This document shows, piece after piece, positions 50,355-62,255 of a stretch of 64,000 nucleotides of DNA (within the stretch, counting starts at the first letter, position 1; every line of letters starts with the position of its first letter). The notes beneath the pieces are model-generated. The model had not been told where the DNA came from. It saw nothing but the letters and a program-made list of their open reading frames with translations, and did no database searches. The stretch covers positions 12,896,001-12,960,000 of the forward strand of contig NC_042999.1 in assembly GCF_006345805.1 (NCBI RefSeq), in the 5' to 3' direction. The position numbers and the translations under genes are program-made. The DNA is from Octopus sinensis (lineage: Eukaryota).

Positions 50355-50736
50355 TCCTCCCCCCACTACCCCTTCTCCTCATATGCTTTCACTGTGAAAA
50401 GACAAGCTGCTAGCGCCATAGCTCATCAACTGCCCACCGATCTTACGTTTCCTCCTGACACTGCCTCAATCCGACCATCCCCTTTTAGTACCCTCCCGCC
50501 TCGTAATATCCTACGTTTTTATTTCTTACGAACCTACACCAACCCTTCCTGCCATCGTTCCTCCTTACCCCAACCTTCCCCACTGGTTGCTCCCCTATAT
50601 TACCCCGCCTCAACTGACCCACCCCCCCCCCTCCCCAACTCAACTCTAGAATATCTGTATTTCTTTCCTCTACCTAATTACGTTACTCAGTGACGATAAC
50701 GAATGTCCACTGCTAACACCAGCTCCTGCCCACGGC

Positions 50737-51519
50737 GTGGTCAGGTTGGAAGAGAGATCAAAAGAAAATACCACGAAAACTATCACCACCACAACAACCC
50801 TCCTCTCTCAGGCGCCGAATCCCCCCCGTCCCCCCCACATCTCCTTCCCAGTTTTCAGAGTTGGCACTATCAATGTTGGTACATTGACAGGCAAGTCTAG
50901 TGAGATTGTAGAGATGCTAGAGAGAAGACAGGTTGATGTATGCTGCATACAAGAGGTAAGATGGAGAGATGCTTCGGCTAGGGTCCTCACGGGCAAGGCA
51001 CTTAGGTACAAACTCTACTGGCAAGGTAACGTGGAAAGTGTAGGGGGTGTAGGCATTCTCCTTGCGGAGGAATGGGTGGATAAGGTCATAGAGGTTGTCA
51101 GGGTTTGTGATAGAGTGCTTAAGCTCAGGTTGGTCCTACAGAGTGGCACAGCTATGATTATCTCAGCCTATGCCCCACAAGCGGGACTACCAAATGATCA
51201 GAAGGACAACTTTTATGATACCCTTCTGCAGGCTACTTCAAAGACTAGTAACAAGGACCTCATCTTTGTAGGTGGAGATTTTAATGGGCATGTTGGGCGG
51301 GAATCGGGTATCTTCACTGGGGTACATGGTGGCTATGGTATTGGCACCAGAAATGATGAGGGAACTAGACTGCTGGAATTCTGTGATGCATGCAACCTTT
51401 CAATCTGCAACACTAACTTCAAGAAGCCAGTCTGCCACCTTATAACTTATCAGTCAGGAGACTCCGCTAGCCAAATAGACTTCATCCTCACCAGACAACG
51501 GGATGCAGGGTGCTCTTGA
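50737..51519 (+). CDS. RTE apurinic-like endonuclease domain (ends at a frameshift)
   Basis: Conserved APE motifs; homologous reading continues in another frame (LLNTKTLPGEEC). Confidence 0.85.
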   Translation: MVRLEERSKENTTKTITTTTTLLSQAPNPPRPPHISFPVFRVGTINVGTLTGKSSEIVEMLERRQVDVCCIQEVRWRDASARVLTGKALRYKLYWQGNVESVGGVGILLAEEWVDKVIEVVRVCDRVLKLRLVLQSGTAMIISAYAPQAGLPNDQKDNFYDTLLQATSKTSNKDLIFVGGDFNGHVGRESGIFTGVHGGYGIGTRNDEGTRLLEFCDACNLSICNTNFKKPVCHLITYQSGDSASQIDFILTRQRDAGCS

Positions 51520-51760
51520 ATACAAAGACCCTCCCGGGTGAAGAATGTATCCCTCAGAATAGACTAATCATCAGTGACTTTAAGCTTGAGGCCAGAAGGA
51601 CTCCAAGAAACAACCAATCCAGAAAAGAAGGATTTGGAGGCTAAAGAACCCTTCGCATGGTCAGAAATTTAGGGACATACTCATCAAGAAATTTGATGAG
51701 AGGGAGGAGGAGCTTCAGACGTCAGACATAGAAGGTAGCTGGGAATTCCTACGGGACAGC

Positions 51761-54001
51761 TTGTTGAGTGCCACAGACCAAGTCTGTGGATGGTGCAAAG
51801 TCCCTTCCAGACCTAGAATTACGTGGTGGTGGAATAGTGCAGTAGATAAAGCCATCTGTGAAAAGAGACGGGCCTGGAAAGCCTGGAAGGATGGGGGCAG
51901 CAGGGAACTGTACCAGATAGCCAAAAGGGAGGCTGGGCGGCAGGTATACATTGCCAAAGATGTAGCAGAAAAGAAGAAGTTTGCCAATGTCCAGCGTCGC
52001 GAGGATCAAAGAGCTGAAGTATTTTGGATTGCCAGACAGTGTGTCAGAGAAAATAGCGATGTTATAGGAGAGAAATGTGTCCGCATGGATGATGGGGCAC
52101 TTGCTTTTACTACTAGTGAAAAGAAAGAGGCTTGGAGAAGCCATTATGAAAGACTGCTGAATGAGGAGAATGAATGGGAGGAGGAGAGCCTGCCAAATGT
52201 TGACCCAGTAGAGGGACCAGCTACCCGAATAGACAGCTCCCTTGTAGATAAGGCAATTAAGGATATGAAACCAGGCAAAGTCCCTGGCCTATCAGGAATC
52301 ACTGCTGAGATGCTTAAAACAGCTGGCTATGTGGGCTATGCCATAGTCACCCGCATTGTAAACCAGGTAGTTCACAATGGAGTCATACCCAATGACTGGT
52401 GCAGCAGCACCATAGTCAACTGCTACAAGGGTAAGGGTGATGCTCTAGATAGAAATAACTACAGAGGTATCAAACTGTTGGACCAGGTGATGAAGGTCTC
52501 AGAGAAGGTCATAACCAATCTCATTAGGGAGAGAATTTGTTTAGATGAAATGCAGTTCGGTTTTGTACCAGGTAGAAGCACCACTGATGCTATATTCCTG
52601 GTCCGACAACTGCAGGAGAAGTACCTAGCTAAAGATAAACCCCTCTACATAGCTTTTGTAGACTTGGAGAAAGCCTTTGACAGGGTTCCCCGTTCCCTTA
52701 TCTGGTGGTCGATGCGGAAACTGGAGATTGAAGAATGGCTAATAAGGGCTGTACAGGCTCTATACAGAGAGGCTGTCAGCAAGGTTAGGATTGGCAACGA
52801 ATATAGTGAAGAATTCCGGGTAGAAGTAGGTGTGCACCAGGGCTCAGCCCTCAGTCCCCTTTTATTCATCATAGTCCTTCGGGCAATAACAGAGGAATTC
52901 AAAACGGGATGCCCCTGGGAGCTCCTCTATGCCGATGACCTAGCTCTCATAGCAGAATCACTACCGGAACTAGAAGAGAAATTTCGGGTGTGGAAGCAAG
53001 GGTTGGAATCAAAGGGCCTTAGAATAAATGTAGCAAAGACCAAAGTATTAGTAAGCAGCAAGAGGTACTCAGCACACATCCCCTCGGGTAGGTGGCCCTG
53101 CTCAACCTGTAGGAAAGGTACAGGTAGAAACTCCATAAGATGCACCCAATGTAAGTTATGGACACATAAGAGGTGCAGCAACATTAAAGGGAAATTAACA
53201 GATAAGATAGCTTTCATGTGCGGCAGATGCACAGGGACAATAGACACAACAGACACTCAGAAAACAGATTCCATCACACTCCAGGGAGAGAAACTAGAAG
53301 TAGTTGATAGTTTCCGCTACCTGGGAGACCAAGTTAGTAGCGGAGGTGGATGCACAGAGAGTATCACCACTAGAATACGAATAGCCTGGGCAAAGTTCAG
53401 AAAGCTCCTACCCCTACTGGCAACAAAAGGTCTCTCCCTCAGAGCAAAAGGTAGATTGTATGATGCATGTGTGCGAACTGCCATGCTTCACGGTAATGAA
53501 ACATGGGCTGTGACTGCAGAAGACATGCGTAGACTTGAAAGAAATGAAGCTAGCATGATCCGCTGGATGTGTAGTGTCAGTGTGCACGCAAAACAGAGTG
53601 TAAGTATCCTGAGAGAAATGCTGGATATAAGAAGCATCAGATGTGGTGTGCAAGAGCGACGCTTGCGATGGTATGGTCATGTGCTGCGGATGGATGAAGA
53701 GAGATGTGTGAAGAAGTGCCACTCCCAAACAGTTGAAGGTATCAGGGGGAGAGGTAGACCCAGGAAGACATGGGATGAGGTGGTCAAGCATGACCTCAGA
53801 GCATTGGGCCTCACTGAGGCAATGGCGAAGGACCGAGATCTCTGGAGATATGCTGTGACTACAAAGACCCGGGCTGCTTTCTGCAGCAATTCCACATACC
53901 CCCTACCCATTCTAAGTACCCCGGATCCCCAAAGTACCCTGGATCCCCAAAGTACCCCGATCCCCAAAGTACCCCGGACCTCGTTGCCCCTGTGCCGCTG
54001 A
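51761..54001 (+). CDS. RTE reverse transcriptase, 746-codon open frame
   Basis: Complete RT motifs with YADD; no stop over 2.2 kb. Confidence 0.93.
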   Translation: MLSATDQVCGWCKVPSRPRITWWWNSAVDKAICEKRRAWKAWKDGGSRELYQIAKREAGRQVYIAKDVAEKKKFANVQRREDQRAEVFWIARQCVRENSDVIGEKCVRMDDGALAFTTSEKKEAWRSHYERLLNEENEWEEESLPNVDPVEGPATRIDSSLVDKAIKDMKPGKVPGLSGITAEMLKTAGYVGYAIVTRIVNQVVHNGVIPNDWCSSTIVNCYKGKGDALDRNNYRGIKLLDQVMKVSEKVITNLIRERICLDEMQFGFVPGRSTTDAIFLVRQLQEKYLAKDKPLYIAFVDLEKAFDRVPRSLIWWSMRKLEIEEWLIRAVQALYREAVSKVRIGNEYSEEFRVEVGVHQGSALSPLLFIIVLRAITEEFKTGCPWELLYADDLALIAESLPELEEKFRVWKQGLESKGLRINVAKTKVLVSSKRYSAHIPSGRWPCSTCRKGTGRNSIRCTQCKLWTHKRCSNIKGKLTDKIAFMCGRCTGTIDTTDTQKTDSITLQGEKLEVVDSFRYLGDQVSSGGGCTESITTRIRIAWAKFRKLLPLLATKGLSLRAKGRLYDACVRTAMLHGNETWAVTAEDMRRLERNEASMIRWMCSVSVHAKQSVSILREMLDIRSIRCGVQERRLRWYGHVLRMDEERCVKKCHSQTVEGIRGRGRPRKTWDEVVKHDLRALGLTEAMAKDRDLWRYAVTTKTRAAFCSNSTYPLPILSTPDPQSTLDPQSTPIPKVPRTSLPLCR

Positions 54002-54257
54002 CACGTTAAAATGCTCGAACCGATCGAGACGATGCCGGACCCTCCGGCCCCTGTGCAGGTGGCACGTAAAAATCACCCAATCCACTCACGGAGTGGTTGG
54101 CGTTAGGAAGGGCATCCAGCCGTAGAAACTCTGCCAGATTCAGACTGGAGCCTGGTGCGGCCCCTGGCTTCCCAGACCCGGTCAAACCGTCCAACCCGTG
54201 CTAGCGCGGAAAGCGGACGTTAAACGATGATGATGATGATGATATATATATATATAT

Positions 54258-57200
54258 GCAGGCATTCGTCATGACAAGACACTTTTCATAGCTCCGGTCA
54301 GTAGCCAAAGAAGCATATTTCAACTCAAGCCAGCAGAAACTATCCTTGTTTTTAGTCCCAGAACTTTTGAATTCTACAATTCTACTATTCTACTCTTTTA
54401 CTACCATCGGAGGATAAATTTATACAAATCTATATACAACCTGGAGAAAGAAATATAAACCAAAACTAAACCCAACACTAGTTCTAAAACTAGTCCCGTG
54501 AGTACAATTCTTTTTTCTTGATCTGTATTAAACACACCGCTCATCCTGATTTGTACTAAATACACTGAACTCTCCCGCACACAAGCCACGCATTTCCGAA
54601 TATATCGACACAAACTTTTCAACGGTGTATTCACTATTATACATCAAGCCATCAATATACACGTACAGTGTATAATACTGTCCCACTGAATATGGCCAAT
54701 AATATTCAAAAACGCCACTGGGTTGAAAATGAAATCACTGCACTGATAAATGCTTGGTACACCCACCACAACGAAGCTAATGTTTACAGTAAAATAGCTG
54801 AAAAATCAGCAAAACAATCCTTTCACAGATCGAAAATAAAATAAAAGAGATTATAAGAATATTTCCTATTTTCCACACGCACATGGCAACACTAGAAGCC
54901 ATCCTTGTCAATGAATGTAGTGCACCAAATGACCCAACTCCAACAGGTCAGGGGTCACTTCAACGACCCCATAGCCAGCAACAAACATCTGACCTAATTC
55001 CACCCAACACTACTCTGGCAAGCCAGAACTCACTATCACAAAAACAACAACAGCCTGCTTCTGCTACTACATTGGAACCAGTACCTGACCCGATTCCACA
55101 CAACCCTACTGTTGCAAGTCACGTTTCACTGCTGCTACAACAACAACAACACTGCTACTGCTACTACAATAGGACCACTGACCAACGAACGAGCCTGCCA
55201 ATATAGAAAAACCACTACTACACCCACATAAAACACCCTGCCATTACTATTCTTAAGGCAACTGTAGATTTGGCCCCAGCAGCACCAACAACAATGGACG
55301 CTGTGCTTTTTTCCATCCTACCTTATGTCGTAGACTTGTTAAGGGCACCTGTCCATATGGTATAACGAGAAAAAACTGCCCTCACCTCCACCCCAAATAC
55401 TGTCCTAAATACAGAGTCTATGGTCCTGATCCCAAATATGGATGCACAAAAGGCAATGGATGCACCTTCTTCCATCCTAAACTGTGCCAAACTTCTGAGT
55501 CACTAAGGATGTGCCTGAACCCAGAATGCAACCACCACCATCTGAAGGGCACAAAACGATTGCAAAATAAATATAAACAGCAACAGAAGAGATCTACGAC
55601 AACAACAAAAACAAAACACAACCACGTTTCCCCTCCTACAATCAAACAACATAGACAGAACCATGAAAAAACCATAACACCAAATAACACCAACATGAAA
55701 TATGTATCCTCTGACCAAGTGGCAAACCAAAGAGGTAACTCTTTTTTACTGACTTACCTAGAAAATATGAAGGCCGACCTAAGCCAGGAGATCCAACGAG
55801 CTATCAGCAACCACCTATGCAAATCACACCCACTACTAACAAGAAAATCATACACACACAGCTCCATACAAGAACTACCCACATTGTTACCACTGAACAA
55901 CATAAAACAAAACTTAGAGCAAGGCAAACATCAAACTCCCCTTACCTCGACATTCCTGTTAAATGTACGTGGCATCAACCCATCAATTATTGCCCAAAAA
56001 TGGAAGATCCCATAGATAGAGAGTTGGCTTGCCGAAACGGCACATTGCTTCCCTTTCTTTATCCTTACTGAGACTCACCTGAACAACACCCATATGGACG
56101 CCGAGGTGAAAATAAAAGATTTCACCATTGTTCGTGTGGATCGCACAGACCGAAATAAGGGAGGGACAGCCATCTTTATCCATCTATGACTCCTTTTCAC
56201 TTGATGCCAAGAATATATTTTCCAATGGCTATTGTGAATCTGTATCACTATTCAGCAAGGCCAAGGACATAATCATTGTTGGTCTTTACAGGCCTCCCCA
56301 AGCACCTCTAAAGTGCTTTGAAGAGTGCCTTAGCAAAGTCAAGTCTTTCCTTCAGAAGTACCACTCCGGAAACATACTAGTGATGGGTGATTTTAACCTC
56401 CCTCATGTGAACTGGCCCACAAATACTCTGAAGTTAGGCAAATGCTCTACATCAGATAGAGCAGCAGCAGAACTGCTCTTTAATCTAATGGATGAATATT
56501 TCCTGACACAGCTAGTGCTCGAACCAACGAGACAGAATAAAACGATCTTGGATCTGGTATTGACCAATCACTCTTGCTTCGTTCACAGTATTTCAGTTGA
56601 AAAACTCTCCTCTCAGACCACGACATGGTACTCTGCAATTTTAATTCCCGACATATAAAAACCAAACCAGCCAATCCCACTCCATGGCACTCATTTGACA
56701 ACATAAACTTCCACAAAGCAGACTGGGGAGCAATCAGAAAGGATCTGTCTTTCATCGACTGGTTCTTTACTCTCAATTCCACCCATATTGAGACTGTATG
56801 GCAGCACTTTGAAAACATTGTCACCAACACATGCTCTAAACACGCTCCCACGAAATCTACTAACACAAACAGAAACCGGCTCCCTAAAAAGAAAAAAAAC
56901 ACTCATCAGGCGCATCAAAAGACTCAACAAAAAAATCAACCAATTAAAATATTCCCTCACACAACATCCACATTGAACAACAATGAAAAGGCTAGAACTG
57001 GAAAAACTTCATCTGCAGACTGACATGAAAACCTTCATTGAAAATCAAAGAGCTGTGGAGGAACAGTGGGTAATCAAAAACATCAAACAGAACCCAAAAG
57101 TGTTATATTCTTATGCAAATAAGCATAGAACCACTGTCTCACCCATTGGGCCATTGATTGATGATAACGGCATTCCCCAACACGATGCTGAAGAAATGGC

Positions 57201-58981
57201 AGAAATACAGCAAAAACAATACTGCTCTGTCTTTAGTGTTCCCACTAATATTGACGTAAGAGAAGCGAACGAAGTTGACTCCCAACATAAAATCTCAGGC
57301 ATAACCTTCACTGCCACTGACATCATAGCAGCAATAAATGAGGTCAAATACTACTCTGCTGTAGGCCCTGATAGATTCCCCGCTAGTCTCCTGAAGGAAT
57401 GTAGACACCAACTTGTAGTCCCTCTGACCAACCTCTGGAGAAATTCGTTAGACGCAGGTTATATACCGAAACAGTTTCTATCCCAGTCAGTCATCCTGGT
57501 TTTCAAACAGGGAAACAGATCCCCCGCACTCAACTATCGCCCAATCTCACTCACCTTCCACATCATTAAAGTGTTTGAAAGAGTGTTAAGATCAAGGATA
57601 GCTGACTTCCTGGAGACCCACAAACTCCTAAATGCAAATCAGCATGGCTTTTGCTGTGGCAGGGACTGTCTAACACAGCTCTTACACCACATTGAAGATG
57701 TACTCAAAGCCTTAGGAACAGGTTCGAACTCTGATGTCATATATCTTGACTTCAGTAAAGCGTTCGACAGGGTAGACCATAATATCCTACTCTCAAAATT
57801 GGCAAATGTTGGAATCCGTGGAAAAGTTCTACACTGGATTAAGTATTTCCTGGCAAATAGAACACAACATGTTGTAGTTGATGGAGTCCTCTCAAGCCCA
57901 GCAAAAGTCACCAGCGGTGTCTCCCAGGGGACTGTCTTGGGTCTGCTACTCTACATAATTTACATAAATGACCTTTCCAGTGTCGTACATTACTGCAAAG
58001 TGAAAATATTTGCTGATGACACTAAGCTCCAGCAAATCGTCAATGAAGAAGCAGACCGAACTCAACTCCAGTCTGATCTGTATGCTGTGAGTCAATGGGC
58101 AGAGAGAAACAAAATGCAACTGAACGAGGGAAAATTTGAGCTGATGCATTTTGGAAGAAATTCCTCACTAAAACAGCCATACTCTCTTCCTTCAGGGGAA
58201 CTGCTCACAGCCTCTAACAATATCAGATACCTGGGTGTAATTGTTGATGACGATCTCAGTTGGAGTGCACACATGAAAAAGAAGGTCGATATAGCTCGTA
58301 AGATGAGTTCCTGGATCTTAAGAACTTTCCGGTCCAGAGAACAAGGTGTCATCATACCACTTTTCTCCTCTTTTGTATGGCCACACCTCGAATACTGCTG
58401 CCCACTGTGGTCTCCCCATACAAGACAAAACATCTCGAGGATTGAATCACCCCAGAGGGCACTCACTAAATGAATTGAAGGCATGGCTGCTCTCGATTAT
58501 TGGGATCGCCTTAAAGCCTTGAAACTCTACTCTCTCCAGCGTTGCCATGAGCGGTACATCATTTGTACCATGTGGAGAATATACCACCAACTTTGCCCAA
58601 ACGACCTGAACATTAGCTTCAAGGTTCATCAAAGACTGGGACCACGGGCCATACGTCCCCTGCCCAATTCAAGATCACAGCATACATGTACACTGCAACA
58701 TAATTTCTTTTCCTCAACAGGCCCTGCCCTATTTAACATTGTCCTGAAAGAGATCAAAGAGGAAAAGGATCCCATCAACTTTAAACGGAGTCTGGATAGA
58801 TTCCTTCAAAGAATACCAGATAAGCCACCCATAATTGGATACAACTCACCCAACAAAAACTTACTACTTGAATGGACCATAAACAAAACTTGACTTAAAC
58901 AGGATTTGAATAATCCTATCAGGTGGTGCTATTAAGTTAGACATGGCCTGGACCAATCTTTGGTCGAAACATATCTAAGTT
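54258..58981 (+). mobile_element. Full-length but decayed CR1/L2-group LINE (CCCH fingers, APE, RT, 3' UTR)
   Basis: LLNVRGI, LTETHL, R.DR..R.KGG, MGDFNLP, ILDLVLTN; RT NYRPISL, NQHGF, YLDFSKAFDRVDH, GVSQGTVLG, FADDTK, RYLGV; YWDRLKALKLYSLQR. Confidence 0.9.
56983..58473 (+). pseudogene. CR1/L2-group reverse transcriptase segment (496-codon open stretch, interrupted on both sides)
   Basis: RT motifs as listed above; flanked by stops and frameshifts. Confidence 0.85.
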
Positions 58982-59020
58982 TATATATATATATATATAT
59001 ATATATAGATAGATATATAT
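58982..59020. repeat. (TA)n tract at the LINE 3' end
   Basis: Directly visible. Confidence 0.9.
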
Positions 59021-59234
59021 GATGGTTCTGAATCAGGGGTGAACTGCAGGGATACAACAAATTAGGAGATTGTAAACATTCCCAATAAGCAGCCAACAGA
59101 GTTTGCAATGATTTTCATCAGAAGTAGTTTCTCAACTGATTTTGATTTTGAACATACACAGGGAAAGAGTTCAACAACAACCAGCTAGATATATAGCATT
59201 AACTAAAACTTGTACACTGCACCTACTAAACACA

Positions 59235-59290
<56 letters not shown>

Positions 59291-61334
59291 AAGTGTACAG
59301 TAAACCCCTGATGGTAGAGCCTGAAAAGTGTAAAGTTTCAATGGTAATCCGGGTGGAGTAATGATAAGGTGAATAAGGAGAGTTACTGAAGGTCTGATAA
59401 GGGAGGGAGAGATGAGGGTCCAAGAGAGGAGGAAATACACTCAGGCAGGATCAAACTGGGGTGAGTGTATGTTACATATGGTTCAAATGTACAGAAGACA
59501 AAAGACGAAGACAGGAGAGAGAACAACAAGTAAGTGTATTTGTTTGATGCTCAAAAACAATGGAAATATCAAACACATATACAAAAGTAATGTGTTTTGC
59601 TAGTTCATGGGTAGGCTGCACATGCAGGCATAAGAGATAATATTCTATTCAATGCACCTGGTATTAAAATACCTGGAAGTCATAGACAAGTGACATAACT
59701 CACATCAGATCCCATGCAGGAGTCATAGACATCGATGTTTCATATTTGTGACTTGTCAATACCGTGTACCCAATGCACATACACAAACAATGTGCTTCTT
59801 TCAATTTCTACCAAATGCACTTGCAAGGTTTTGGTCAGCCCAGGGCTACAGTTGAAGACACTTGTTCAAGGTGCCATGCAATGGGACTGAACCCAAGTCT
59901 ACATTGTTGGGAAGTTTCTTAACCACACAGCCATGCTTGCACCTTCTATTTTTATAAACTTCAATAATATTTTCAACAAAGACTACATTGAACTTCTGTT
60001 GATAAATGTATTCGATAAATACACAGGTGAGGAAAGATACCTATAATATAACTAACTAACTAGCTGGCGGCCCTGTGCCATCAAAAATGACAGCCAATTG
60101 TAGTGTTTTATATATATGGATGGTCAATCAAATCAATACACTTGTCAATGTTCACATACATTCACATATTCCCTTGTACAACACACACACAGTTGAAATT
60201 CTGTTTGACTTTTCACCGTTTAATGTTCATCATCCCCACCAGTTTCCCATCACCCCTTCCTTTCTCATTCATATGCTGTGACGGAGAAAAATACAAGAGT
60301 GTTATTATAATAAATACACACACACACACACAATTACAGATTTAATGAGGAAGGGGAAATAGGTAGTAGAGATTTGAATATAAACTTTCAGTGCAAGTTT
60401 GTTTTTTTGTTCAACTACTGAACATAATTATGGCTAAAATTGGATTTATCTAATAATTTCCACAACATATTCAGTTTACTTTGGGAAAAATCTATTCAGA
60501 TTATAAAAACTAGGTTTGAATAGATTTAAACAAATATAAATATATAGACTCACTTATAATTTCTTTTCATTGAACAAGATATAAAAATAATCCAATAATT
60601 TCCTGATGTTTTCAATAGGTTCCCTCCCCAATCATCACCTTTTTATTTATATGGATGGATACACACATACACACATACACATCCCTGTAAATCTTAATAG
60701 TCATTCTTATACATACATAAATATACCAATTAACTACATTTTACATGTTGGAAAATGGATGAAAATTGCACGATACGCAGAATACAGATGAACCAACATG
60801 AAATAACCCATTCTATTGGATGATTAAGTCAGTACAAAAATAATTGCCTTATTGTTACTTCACAGACATAATCCAAAAGCAAAATCAATTAATGGACTTA
60901 TAAAAATATAATTAGTAAATGTAATCAAAAGATAAAATGTAGCAGTGACTACAGAGCAAGGCAAAATTTAAGATTATAAGCTTCAAAAAGAGAAAAAAAC
61001 AGCCATACTCTTTCACATAATTAATATAAAAGTACAAAATAAATTCTGTCTTTCTTCAAGTTTGAACCTGCTTCACTCATAATTAGGCAGACTAACATCG
61101 ATATCCCAACAAACACTAATTTTCTCACAGATTTTCAACTTGTTTATAAATCTCTGAACTCTTAAAATATGCTAATCACTGTTGTATCTTGTCTTTGGAG
61201 AACATCTTTTCCTTTCAAACAATTTTTATTCACAACACAATTAATTGAGATAAGTGGGCTTTGAGACTTGGTTGTGAATCTTCAGTCAAATCTATGGATC
61301 AATGAATCTAAACAAGGATTGTAGTTGTTTGTTT

Positions 61335-62255
61335 GTTGTATTCAAATGCCTTTCCTAACACCAACTGCTTTACAGAGCATACTAGGGGCGCCTTTTTTAG
61401 GCTACCAGAACTCGTGAGGTGAGCAGGCGGCTCAACAAGATGAAACTCTTCAACTGTGAGATGACTTTATGATCAGAGGTTAAAGCATTATAGAACAGGA
61501 AAGAGAGAAAGTATGGTGGAAATGAGGCACCATCAGGAAATACACTCAGGGCATAAGAAAGCAGTGAGAAAAAGAAGAGGGAATTAGGAAGGATGAATGG
61601 GTAGGTTTGCAAGAGTGTGAAGACAGAATGGTAGATGGTTAGAGATGGGGATAGAGGGGAATGCAGTGAATGGAAAACATGTAGGGGGTGGATGTGTGGG
61701 TAATGGCGAGTTTCAGTTTGGCAGGTAAGGTGAAGGAAAATAAGAATTGATCAGAGAGGAGGTTGACAAATAGCAACAATAAGCCCCACCCCCGTACATA
61801 GATGAAGAATAGGGAAACGATGTGGGAAGAGTAGGGAGGTGAGAGGGATGCAGACTGACAGAAACAGAGTTATGACAGTAGGATATAAGATGGAGATGAG
61901 TGAATAATGGCAGATATGAGAGGGTGTTCAAGGGAAGATGGTATCCAGTGGAAAATAGAAGAGTAAGAGATGAACTGAGAATGTGCGACAGATGACAAAG
62001 AGAGAGAACTGGTAGGAGAGAAGAGGGATGAATGCATGTAGTTCTGCTTTCATAATTACAGCAGTTAAGTAAAAGTACCAAAGAACAGTGACGGAATGAT
62101 GAGTATTAAGAAGATGAGGTGTGGGGAAGGTTTGAACTGGGGCAGATTAGGGATTAAAGGTGGATACACTGAGTGACAAAGGTGGATATGAGTGAGCGAA
62201 GGCAGATATGAAAGGTGTGTTTTTAGGACCTCAGTTTTACTGAAATGGAAGGATC
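61335..62255 (-). mobile_element. Non-autonomous RTE-tailed element with long pyrimidine-rich body
   Basis: atgcctttcctaacaccaac...tttacagagc followed by a plus-strand purine-rich tract homologous to 11100-11640. Confidence 0.6.

Larger units (their letters stand above)
50354..54243 (+). mobile_element. Near full-length RTE LINE (C/T-rich 5' UTR, APE endonuclease, RT with PHD insert, 3' UTR, (GAT)6 tail)
   Basis: Endonuclease GTINVGTL, CCIQEVRW, SAYAPQ, GGDFNGHVG, QIDFIL; RT LDEMQFGF, DLEKAFDRVP, GVHQGSALSP, YADDL, FRYLG, RLRWYGHV. Confidence 0.97.
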
